The notes under the pieces: generated by a model
Told to the model about the DNA's origin: nothing
Databases searched by the model: none
What the model saw: the letters and a program-made list of their open reading frames with translations, nothing else
DNA from: Eledone cirrhosa
Lineage: Eukaryota
Assembly: GCA_964016885.1 (NCBI GenBank)
Contig: OZ024740.1
Location: forward strand, 100,440,001-100,504,000
Direction: 5' to 3'
Length of the DNA: 64,000 nucleotides
Part shown: piece after piece, positions 53,850 to 64,000 of the stretch
How positions within the stretch are numbered: position 1 is the stretch's first letter
Layout: each line of letters begins with the position of its first letter
Program-made: the position numbers and the translations under genes

Positions 53850-54890
53850 ACTTGGAGATACTTCTCCAGATCAGGCTTGAGGATCTTAGCAAAAATCCTG
53901 GACGATATCCATCATCAAAACAGGATGGCACTGCAGGTAATGAGCAAGGGAAAAAGGTGACACTGTTTCATCTGCAGTGAAACAACACGTTTGCGAGCCT
54001 TCTGCCCTCAGCTCAAAAATGCAAGGGGTAGTAAGTCTCTACTGTAGCCAATAGGGAGTACCACAAACACCAGCAATGGGAACACCACTAGCAGCAACAC
54101 CGATGGAAATGCCACCACCAACTTTGACCACCCAGGGGGCAGATGAGGAAAGCTCTCCCATTCCCCCTCCTCACCAAAAAATACACATATTTACACAAGC
54201 ACAGACACACTTACAGACACATACATCTCTTCTTCCAGTAGTGAAGATGAGGCAAAACCAAAAGCAAAGAAACCAAAGCGGAAGCACAAGTAAAAAAAGA
54301 CCCCACACATCACACACACCCCAAGAACAGAAAATGCAGACACCACACACAACAAACACAAACACTTCCACAACAATACCACCACCACCACAATCCCCCA
54401 AATGCAAACAACCACAAAAAAAACACGCGAACAAAACAAGACACACAATTTCCTACTAGTAAAAAAGGCCAACAAGGATTTAATGGTCCTCATAACACGA
54501 TGGCAAGACAGAAATGGAGAGTGAGATATTTGGAATGAGCACATTTCACATGCAAGAAGAATTATTACTGGTATAAATGTCATTCAACTACCACAAAGGG
54601 ATTAAAGAGAGCTTTCCTCAGGATGTGGGTACCCCGAATATGAAACCACATCAAGACTTTTAAAGGGGCTCCCAAAAGGAACCCCACCAAACATAGAGGT
54701 GGAACTAGGGTCATCCGCTAAATGACCTCAGGGAACTAGATATGGGTGTGACTTCTGTCAGTGAAATCAGGATTTCTGGCATGCACTAGCTCCCATTTTC
54801 AATGACTAATCAGATCTTTGCATCTCTTAGTCAGTTGGGAATGGGAGGTAGGGCGGCAGTGCGGTTTAGGAAAGGCTTGGATCAGCTATA
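53850..54890 (+). mobile_element. Degenerate L1/Tx1-like ORF1 and endonuclease-start fragment
   Basis: Knuckle-like CFICSETTRLRAFC at ~53964, a low-complexity linker, then LNDLRELDMGVTSVSEIR at ~54720. Confidence 0.55.
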
Positions 54891-54964
54891 TCAACAGCAA
54901 CAATGAAAACAAGAACAAATACATAAAAATAACAAAATTTAAGCAGAAATTAAATACTACTGCT

Positions 54965-55162
54965 AATAATAATAATTGTTTCTACGTTAGGCACAAGGCC
55001 AGCAATAACCCAGTGCATTACTGGTACTTTATATTATCGACCCCATAAAGATGAGAGGCAAAGTTAACCTTGGCGGAATTTGAACTCAGAATGGCAAGGG
55101 CCATAACTCTATGCATCAATGCATGGAGTCCGACCCTCTACCGATACTGCCAATCCACCGCC
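54965..55162 (-). mobile_element. Meta-like tRNA SINE
   Basis: Family match with ATT tail. Confidence 0.85.
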
Positions 55163-55176
55163 ATTATAATAAACAC

Positions 55177-55929
55177 TGCTTGGCAGTGCTACCGAGGAGC
55201 TTTGCCAGATCGGGATAAACTCTACAGGCATGGAGGTACCATCAGCTGGGCATGTCCGAGATGCGCGCAGGGCAACAAAATCGTCATGCACGTACTCGTC
55301 CAGTGTCCAAGCATTGCTGACTTGTGGATTTATGTCGAACACCTGCTGTTGCGTGTAGAACGGATCCGGCTATCAGCTGAGTCCATCGTGAGGATTGCCC
55401 CGCCCTCTTCCTTTAGCCGGGAAGTGCAGGCAGTTTTTATATGTCTGGTGGCCATGGCAAAAGAGATAGTATATTGGACGCGTCTGAAAGGGCTGCAGAC
55501 GAGCACTTACCTCTTTAGTTATACCCTGATTAACTTTTTCAAATTTCATTTGAAAAGGAAAATCAGAGTAGAGAGGGAAGTGCTCTCTTCCCAGCATTTT
55601 GTTGAAAGATGGGTGAAAGAGGCAAGAATGGCCCAAATGAATGGGCCTACTCTGAGTATGTGCCTGTAAATTGAAGGTGGAAAACTGGGAGAGGGCACTT
55701 GCCCTTGTGGTCAGGGTCACCGGGGCTTTTATAATGGGCTTTCTCCACGATGGCCCTTGGAAATCCCCCCCCCCCCCCCTATTGGGGAATTTTTCTTTGT
55801 TTCTTTTTTGTTACATCCTCTCTTTTTGTTTTTTTTACATGCAGAAATGCCCATTTGTACCGTCCTGTATTGTCCCATACTGTCCTTAATGTCTTACTTT
55901 GTGTAAACCCTTGTGGTTAATAAAGAAAT
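55177..55929 (+). mobile_element. 5'-truncated L1/Tx1-like LINE
   Basis: AWQCYRGALP...CPRC, homologous to ~28730-29236. TSD CATTATAATAAACAC at 55162-55176 and 55930-55944. Confidence 0.92.
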
Positions 55930-55959
55930 CATTATAATAAACACAAATAATAATAATAA

Positions 55960-56260
55960 TAAAGTGGGAGGTAAAAAGGATTTGGAACTTCCATGAAATC
56001 AAGGTCATCCCGATTGTCATAGGTACTATCTCAAAGAGTTTCCAAGGATGGTTAAAGAAAATTAGTCCACCCCCGCTTTTTGGAACACTTCAAAAGGCAT
56101 GCTTGCTGGGAACAGCAAGAACCCTTGGATACGTCCTGAATATCTGAGGCTGCAGGTAGCGGCTTGATATTCATTTCAACAAACTTTCCAGTTAAATAAC
56201 ATCAATGACTGAGACTAAAAAAAAAAAAAATAATAATAATAATAATAATAATGATAATAA
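55960..56260 (+). mobile_element. R4/Dong-like 3' fragment ending in (TAA)n
   Basis: IKVIPIVIG...LQKACLLGTARTLGYVLNI*. Confidence 0.8.
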
Positions 56261-56266
56261 TGCTGT

Positions 56267-56395
56267 CTTTGTTAACCACAAGGGTTGACACAAAGTATAA
56301 CAATAAGGACAACACAGGACAATACAGGATGGTACAAATGGACATTTCTGCATGTAAAAAAGCAAAAGAAAGAAACAATGAAAAATTCCCCAATA
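56267..56395 (-). mobile_element. Tx1-like 3'UTR fragment, inverted relative to 55780-55925
   Basis: Reverse-complement similarity seen directly. Confidence 0.8.
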
Positions 56396-56719
56396 ATGAT
56401 AATGATATCAACAACATTATTAATAATGATGAGGATAATGATGATAAATTAAAATAAGTTATTAACATTCACCATGAATATATAAATTGATATAAACATA
56501 CACATGTAATTGGTGATAGTGAAGGAGTTTCTAAAGTAATGTTATTAACTTCAATTAAGGGTTGTTTAGGGAGAAAAATAAGACTCAACATCATGTATTA
56601 CAATAAAATTGCTGTTGTTGAAGGAAACTTGAATAATGCCACATAATTGGCAGTTAGTTTCAACAGTAGATATTTAACATGTTGAATAAAATATGTGGAA
56701 ATGACCAGAGATGGTGGTT

Positions 56720-57400
56720 AGATGGCGATGAACATGGGAGAAGTTCTAGGAACTAAATGGCATGTTTATGTAGAGGAAAGTTTTGCTGAAACTGAAGGGA
56801 AAGGGCATGATTTATAGGAGCAGCAGAGAAGGCTAAAAGGTATGGAAATGAGGATCATTTGGTGGATAGTCAGAGTGAGTACCACTCACTGAGAGGAAGA
56901 CACTATAAATTGCATAGAATGATGGGAATAGAGCCAATGATGAATATTTTGAAGAGAAATAGAATGAGATGACTGGGTCATGAGTTGAGGAAGGGTAAAA
57001 GTAACTGTTGAAAGTACTGATGGAAATGAATGTGAAAGGAAATAGCGGAAAGGGATGTGTCAATGGAACTTAAGAGGAAGGTGTATACTACAAGTGTGAA
57101 AAATGACATAATTCATTAGAACAGTAAATGGATGATGAATCAGGAGCAGCAGTGAAGGTGGAAAGACAATAATTGAGAATAGTCCGTGAGTGGGGGTGTA
57201 TCGCTGAGAAGACGGAAGGCAAAGAATGAATTGTAGCGGATTAGGGGAACAAAACCATTAATGAATGCTGTGAAGAGAAATGGAATGAGATGGCTTGGTC
57301 ATGTGTTGAGAAAGGATGACAATGACTGGTGAGAGTAGTGATAGAAATGAATATGAAAGAAAACAGAGGAAAGGGGTGACATAATTAAAGATGGAAGAGA
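56720..57400 (+). mobile_element. Old RTE C-terminal fragments
   Basis: MRWLGHVLRKDD-type motif at ~57285 and a related copy at ~56965. Confidence 0.6.
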
Positions 57401-57611
57401 ATGTGAGAGCCTGGGGTTTGTGAGTGGAGAAAAAAAATATAGCAACAAATATGGCCTTGAAATGCTTGTTGTTCTTGTGCCATTGCTCCTTAAAATGACT
57501 TCAGATTTGTTTAGGGAGATACACAAACCTCAGCCCCACTTATTTCAATAACATAGCTGTTGTAGGGAACTTCAATAATTTCACATAACTGGCAGGTAGT
57601 TTTATACAATA

Positions 57612-58011
57612 CTAGATCACCCATCACCCGTTGGGTTATGTTCACTTCAAAATATAAAAAAAAAATTATCTTCACTTAAAAATGACTTTTGAATAATTAA
57701 AATATACACAGATATGTATATGATGTGAAATGAAACTGGAAGGCCCATATATATATATACGTGTGTGTATGTATATATATAAATGTGCGTGTGTATACAT
57801 ATATATGGGAAAATACTTTGAAAGTTGATCATGAAATTGCAATACAAATGGAATAAAACAAGTTTTGTGCAAATCGAAGCACGGGTTTCCGAGATATGGG
57901 GTTTTTCCGGCTACCTTCATAAACAGAGAGAGAGAAGGATAGAGAGAAAGATATAGTGGTTGTGAGAGAGTAGATTGAAATGTGTGTGTGTCATAGACAC
58001 AACTCTAACAC

Positions 58012-58076
<65 letters not shown>

Positions 58077-58374
58077 ATCTCTCTCTCTCTCTCTTTCTCT
58101 TCCATTCTCCTTCTCTGTCTCTTCTCCCACTCTCTTTCAATCTACTCTCTCATAACCACTATCTATTTCTCTCTATCCTTGTCTCTCTCTGTTTATGAAA
58201 GTACCCGGAAAAACCCCATATCTCGGGAACCCGTGCTTCGATTTACATGAAACTTGTTTTATTCCATTTGTATTCCAATTTCATGATCAACTTTCAAAGT
58301 ATTTTCCCATTATGCGCCCTTTTGGTTGTACAGACAAGCAAGCAAACAATCACAGATTTTTAGTATCATATAGA
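57612..58374 (-). mobile_element. Non-autonomous Helitron with internal inverted duplication
   Basis: Minus strand reads A|TCTATATGATAC...CTAG|T, with subterminal hairpin CAT-ACCC-aac-GGGT-ATG at 57622-57640 and no TSD. Confidence 0.72.
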
Positions 58375-58382
58375 TAAATAAT

Positions 58383-58630
58383 TGTTTCTACTTTAGGCAC
58401 AAGGCCAGCATTACTGGTACTTTATTTTATTGACCCTGTAAGGATGAAAAGCAAAGTCAACCTCGGCGGGATTTGAACTCAGATCGTATAGATAAATAAT
58501 GGTTTCTGATTTAGGCACATGGGGTTGGGGAAATCGATTAAATCGATCCTAGTGCATTAATGGTACTTTATTTTATCAACCCCATAGGGATTGAAAGACA
58601 AAGCTAACCGTGGCAGGATTTGAACTCAGT
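58383..58630 (-). mobile_element. Two stacked truncated Meta-like SINEs
   Basis: TATAGATAAATAAT repeated at ~58369 and ~58487, degenerate at ~58630. Confidence 0.82.
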
Positions 58631-58873
58631 ATATATAAATAATGAATCCTTTCATTTATTTGGTGGTGGGGGAAGTTCTTGTTTGTATTTTATATATGGT
58701 GGGGCCACAATTTTGTTTCAAACTTTGTTTGTTTGTTTTTTTATTTTCTGGTTCCTATTTATTTTATAGTGATTTTTTACTTCAATATTTTTTAGAAATT
58801 TAACTGCTCCATCCTGTAGAAGCAAACATTGCTGGCCTTCTGCCTATGTCAGAAATTCTTCTTATTATTATCA

Positions 58874-58904
<31 letters not shown>

Positions 58905-58909
58905 TTAAT

Positions 58910-59690
58910 ATTGTTCAGGTTTAGATGGAAATCCTGGCTTTGCCATGTGTACCAAGCTGTATATATACCATTCAGCTGTTAAGTACTTTTCAGATTATCT
59001 TGGCTGTTCCAAAAAGGCTTCCATTCTGTAATTGTTCAATTGGACATATAATTTCCATTTTCTTAGAGTGTCTTTCGATATCTTTTATTACTGTTCCCAA
59101 TGCTCCCACAATTATCAGTGCTATCTCGTCATGCCTCATATTCTATATTCATGCTAGTTCATATTTTAAAGGTTTGTATGTTTCTTCCTTTTCTGCATTT
59201 TTCTCTGTTATTCTTGAATGAAATGGGCAAGCCACATCAATTAATATGCAAATCCTGTTAACTTTGTCAACCACTGGCTGATTGTGCTCTAATATTTGGT
59301 TAGTCTGTATTTAAAAATTCCAAAGTATTTTACACATTTCTGATTCAATGGTTTTTATGGCTTATAGTCATACAATGTCTTTCGTCTTTCAAATTCCAAT
59401 TTCTCACACAACTTCCAATGTAATATCTTTGCAACCCAATCATACCACCTTAGCTTGTATTGATTTTGTGCAAGTTTAAAACATTCACATACAATGTGTG
59501 ATATTATTTTGTTCCACTCATTGTACACTCTGCACATAGTAGACACTTGTTCCTTTATATGGAGAACACACTAGTTAGGGGTCAGTGCTTTATCCTAAGC
59601 TGCAAGTACCATACTCTCAGTGTCTCTTTTTAGTGCACCTTGTTTTTAACCAATCCCATTTTTGTTGGCCTCCTACTTCAACTATTACAC
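58910..59690 (-). mobile_element. R4/Dong-like LINE fragment, degenerate, abutting (ATT)n at 58862-58903
   Basis: CRVYNE..IISHIVCEC, ILHWKLC and LQNGSLFGTAKII. Confidence 0.8.
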
Positions 59691-60128
59691 TGTGAAATGA
59701 AGTTTGAAGAGAGGTAAGCACTATTCTTTGAAGTGCAAGGGGAGATTAAAGAAGGAGGTGTTGTTTTCAGTCAGTTTTATGAAAGATGGGTGAGAGGTTA
59801 GCGTGGTGAAATAAGCTCACATTAATTTTAGCATTACTAGGAGTATGCATTTGCTTTAGGTGTGTCAGGGTAAATTTGGATTGTGTCTAAAGCATCCTGA
59901 ATCAGTCTATGCCAATACTCATGCTCCATTTAATTTTTTTATACATTTATTACAATCTGTTGTTATCACCTTATTAAGAGATCTCTAATGTTCTTGTTTG
60001 CCTTCAACTTTGACTTCATGTAAATCCTACATTTACTTTTTGCATCTCTACTGCCCCTACCCCAACATCTTGAAGCCATGTGACCAATAAAATAAATCTT
60101 CATCGTAAGCATTATTATTATTATGACA

Positions 60129-60838
60129 GGGCGGGGGTTTAGCAGTATCGATAGAGCATCAGACACCATGCTTTGCAGCATAGTTATGGCCCTTTGCGTT
60201 CTGAGTTCAAATCCGTCGAGTTTAACTTTGCCTTTCATCGATAAAATAAAGTACCAGTCATGCACTGGGGTAATCGCTGACCTTGTGCCAAAAGTAGAAA
60301 CTCTGGCCAGTGGATTGGCAGTATCGGTAGAGAGTCGGACACCATGCTTTGCAGCATAGAGTTACGGTCCTTTATGGTCTTAGTTCAAATCCCGCCGAGG
60401 TTAAATTTGCCTTTCATCATTACGGAGTGGATAAAATAAAGTACCACTAATGCACTGGGTAATTGCTGGCCTTGTGCCAAAAGTAGAAATAATTATTATT
60501 ATTATGACCCTTAGAGTCCCCTCAACTTTGGGGAAGTTATGTTTGTTTTAAATGTTTATTTCCTTCGTCTCTTATAAATGTTATTTTATACAAAGAAAAA
60601 CCCACACTGTATTGTCCTGTATTGTCTTTAATGTTTCCTTAATGTGAGCCCTGTGTGGATAATAAAGAAATTATCATTATTATTATTTTATTATTCTGAG
60701 TTCAAATCCCGCCGAGGTTAACTTTGCCTTTCATCCTTACGTGGTCAATAAAATAAAGTACCAGTAATGTGCTGGGTAATTGCTGGCCTTGTACCAAAAA
60801 GTAGAAACAATTATTATTTTATTATTATTATTATTATT
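60129..60838 (+). mobile_element. Three Meta-like SINEs plus Tx1-like 3' ends in an ATT-rich cluster
   Basis: SINE cores at ~60228, 60405 and 60722. CCCTGTGTGGATAATAAAGAAATTATC at ~60649. Confidence 0.8.
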
Positions 60839-60839
60839 G

Positions 60840-61430
60840 AATTTGTTATCCCAGTCATTGATGTTATTTAACTGGAAAATTTGCCCTATTGAACATCAAG
60901 ACGCTACCTGTAGCCTCCAGTATTCAGGACGTATCAGAGGGTCCTTGATATTCCAGTAGGCATGTCTTTTGAAGTGTTCCAAAAAGGTGGTTGGGCTAAT
61001 GATCTTTAGCTAGCCTTAGAAATTCTTTGAGACAGTACTTAGTGCTTATATAATGATGGGGACAACCTTGATCTCAGTCACAAATTATTTTCAGTTTCCA
61101 CTTTAGACCTTGATGCTGGTTAATTTTTTTCTGTTTTTCTTGTACTCATGTGTCTGCGGGGCAAGCTACATCTATAATCAAGAAAGATTTTTTTCCCTTG
61201 TCAAAAACCACAAAGTAAGACCTATTGTGTTCTAATTCTTTCATCTTCGTTTAACGTCGATTTTCCAGGCTAGCATGGGTTAGACGTTATTTATCTGTTT
61301 ATATCCTGAAATCCCACACCACCTTCACCTAATCGTTTTCTATCACCAATTCTGGTTTATGCTCATACCATTTCTCAGAGTGAGGTAAATTATTCAGTTT
61401 GCATAAATTCCAGTGGATCACTTATCCTAT
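60840..61430 (-). mobile_element. R4/Dong-like 3' fragment (short RTE tail inserted at ~61240-61285)
   Basis: IIDVACP, VVPIII, LQKTCLL motifs; inverse homolog of 55995-56200. Confidence 0.78.
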
Positions 61431-61519
61431 GATATCATGCCTCCATCCTTTTAATTCTTATTACATGAGCTTCACACACTAGATTTTGTTGAACTAATGC
61501 AAATCGACCAATATTGTTC

Positions 61520-62341
61520 CAGATGGAAGAAGTTTAGGGAACTACTACCACTGCTAGCTGCAAAAGGCTTCTCCCTCAGAATGAAAGGCAGACTGTATGA
61601 TGCGTGTATCCGAACAGCGATGTTGCATGGTAGTGAGACCTGGGCGCTGAAGGTGGAAGACTTACGTAGATTAGAGAGAAACGAAGCCTGCATGCTCCGA
61701 TGGATGTGTAACAGTAATATACGTGAACGACAAAGCATAAATGAATTGAGAGAGAGACTGAGCATAAGAGGAATCAAATGCTGCGTGCAGGAGAGGCGGT
61801 TACGCTGGTATGGACATGTGATGCGTATGAAGGATGACAGCTGCATAAAAAGGTGCAGAGCACTAGAAGTTGATGGAAACCGCGGAGTGGGGAGACCCAA
61901 GATGACTTGGGATGAGGTGATAAAAGCCGACCTTACCCAACTACACCTCTCAAAGTCAATGACACACGACCGTGACTTCTGGCGTCACGCAGTAATACAG
62001 GGTACCCGACCTCCCATGGGTACATGCTGAAGCATATAAACAATATGCCCCCCCCCCCCCCCCCCCCACCGCAAGGTGGTCGTGGAGGTGCCACGGCAAA
62101 AAAGCACCCAGCCCACACTGTAAAGTGGACGTGTAGGCGCCACGAAAAAGCACCCAGCACTCACTGTAAATGAGGTTGGTGTTAGGAAGGGCATCCAGCT
62201 GTAGAAATCAAGCCAGATCAGTTCCTGTATGAGCAAGGCATGGTCAGCCGACCAGACACTGCCCACAACAGGACAACCCGTCTAACCCATGCTAGCGTGG
62301 AAGAACGGACGTAAAACGGTGATGATGATGATGATGATGAT
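61520..62341 (+). mobile_element. 5'-truncated RTE LINE, same subfamily as copy 4
   Basis: RWKKFRELLPLL...LRWYGHV...GRPK, near-identical to 44507-45295 in reverse; (GAT)n tail. Confidence 0.93.
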
Positions 62342-62660
62342 TTTATGTATCCGTTGCTTAGAGGGATTACTTTTCAGATAATATTTCATTTTAATTTTAT
62401 TCAATTCTTTTTTCCAGTTAGTTCTTGTCTCGTTGCCTCTTCCTCCAACAACAGTAGTAGTTGGATAAGGGCCAAATCCTTGCAACTGTGCCAGGGAACA
62501 CTTCCAGCCTCCTTCATACTGTTATTTGAATAATTTTGGTTCGACTTTTAAATACTCATAAATAGGATTAGTGAGTTTAAGTTTGCACTACCACCAGTAG
62601 TTTTATTGTGAAACCATTACTAGAGGATTGAGGTGGGTTATGCAGCTCTGGACACTATAG

Positions 62661-64000
62661 TATTATTATTATTACAGTTGCATTTATCTTGCTTTATGTT
62701 CATACGAGTTATCACCAAGTCACAACCAGTGACCTCAAGAGACAACAAGGTCCGCCATGTTCAAGAAAGAACATACATATTCACACATGCATCTTTAGTG
62801 TTTAGACTTGTGATGTACTTATATTGACAGAATCTTCCTTAGTATATGGACAGTTCCCATTAGTACTATCTTTTGTATTTCTCCTATACGCGGGTTTCCT
62901 GGGATTTGCGATAAGTAATCATTAGACCCCTTAGGTATCATTCCCAGAGCGCCTACAACCACTGGTATTGTTTTAGTTCTCAATTTCCACATTTTTCCAA
63001 TTTCTATCTCCAGGTCCTTATACTTGCTCAATTTTTCAAATGTTTTTATAGATACATTCTTGTCTATTGGAACAGACATATCAATTAGCAGGCATACCCT
63101 CTTTTTAAAGTCCTTCAATATTATATCAGGTCTATTTGCATCTATTTTTCGGTCTGTTTGGATGCTAAAGTTCCACAAGATTGAGATGTGATCTTTTTCA
63201 AGTATGGGAGGTGGTTGATGCTCCCACCAATTCTTTTGATGGGGCAGGTCAAAATGCTTACACATTATCCAATGTATGTATTGTGCAGCTCTGTCATGCC
63301 TGTTTAGGTATTCGGTTGGAGCTATAGGACTGCACATTGAAATTATATGGTCAATGGTCTCTGGTTGTTTTTTGCATACACGGCATAATGGGCTGCATCC
63401 ATTTTTTATTATGTTGGCTTGGTAATTTTTTGTTGGCAGACACTGATCTTGTGCTGATATAATCAGTCCTTCAGTCTCCGATTTCAGTCCAGAGGATGCC
63501 AACCACTGATGGGTTAAAGGTTTGTCAACATCAGGATTGTTAGCTCGCTCTGGGTATTTTCCATACAGAGGCTCTTCTTGCCATTTCTTAGCCAGTTTCT
63601 GTAGCAGTTCTTTCTTTGCAGTTACTTTTACCTGCTTTGCTTTTTCTGTGTTTTCCATTTCAGCAGTAAATGGGACTTCTGAAATTTGTAGTCCATTACT
63701 GTATCTTTGTGCATCTTTTGTAATGGAATATGATCTTTTGATGCTTTCGTGTTTCAAAACGAGTTTGATCATCCAATCATGTGATTCCCTTAGATATGTA
63801 GATAATCCAATTGTTGCAGTTTTCAACGCAATGTCTAACTGGATTAACCCACGTCCTCCTTCTTTCCTAGGGAGATATATTCTATCTATATCTGCCTTAG
63901 GGTGGTGCATTCTGTGCATGGTTAAGAATTTTCTCATTTTTGTATCGAGCCTACGGATCTCTGTGCTTGACCAGTTGATGACATTGTAACTGTAGGTTAC
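62661..64000 (-). mobile_element. R4/Dong-like LINE, 3' part, ending in (TAA)n (runs off window end)
   Basis: Uninterrupted frame, ~145-nt 3'UTR, TAA repeats at 62661-62674. Confidence 0.9.
62819..64000 (-). CDS. C-terminal part of an RT plus restriction-like endonuclease protein, partial
   Basis: LPRKEGGRGL, CCHC finger CRVC....ETIDHIISMC, RHD, RPD..D and EKLSKY. The frame stays open to the window edge. Confidence 0.9.
   Translation of the reverse strand, partial: VTYSYNVINWSSTEIRRLDTKMRKFLTMHRMHHPKADIDRIYLPRKEGGRGLIQLDIALKTATIGLSTYLRESHDWMIKLVLKHESIKRSYSITKDAQRYSNGLQISEVPFTAEMENTEKAKQVKVTAKKELLQKLAKKWQEEPLYGKYPERANNPDVDKPLTHQWLASSGLKSETEGLIISAQDQCLPTKNYQANIIKNGCSPLCRVCKKQPETIDHIISMCSPIAPTEYLNRHDRAAQYIHWIMCKHFDLPHQKNWWEHQPPPILEKDHISILWNFSIQTDRKIDANRPDIILKDFKKRVCLLIDMSVPIDKNVSIKTFEKLSKYKDLEIEIGKMWKLRTKTIPVVVGALGMIPKGSNDYLSQIPGNPRIGEIQKIVLMGTVHILRKILSI

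Noticed and set aside
55070-55669. 199-aa chimeric ORF
   Set aside because: Fortuitous read-through from an antisense SINE into a truncated Tx1-like fragment.

Overview
AT-rich, microsatellite-dense eukaryotic DNA made almost entirely of transposable elements and their debris. The element mix suggests an octopus or other coleoid cephalopod genome (inference, not searched). I could not support any host protein-coding gene. Main contents: (1) a Tc1/mariner end; (2) several RTE-clade LINE copies; (3) a full-length but dead CsRN1-clade Ty3/Gypsy element at 16107-22041, with a TATG target-site duplication (TSD), a tRNA-Trp-like primer-binding site, a CHCC gag and a G GGA AAC -1 slippery site; (4) L1/Tx1-like LINE pieces, one nested in an RTE; (5) R4/Dong-like restriction-endonuclease LINEs ending at (TAA)n; (6) CRE-like 3' fragments; (7) two tRNA-derived SINE families; (8) a non-autonomous Helitron with an internal palindrome. 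The most interesting signals lie outside the ORF track: several minimal type-I hammerhead ribozyme motifs in non-coding Penelope-like repeats (best at 22279-22321), apparent 3'-end sharing and ATT-site stacking between a Meta-like SINE and the Tx1-like LINE, a 25-bp pre-miRNA-like hairpin, and templated inverted insertions. None is proven to be a new system. All were read by eye and most boundaries are approximate.
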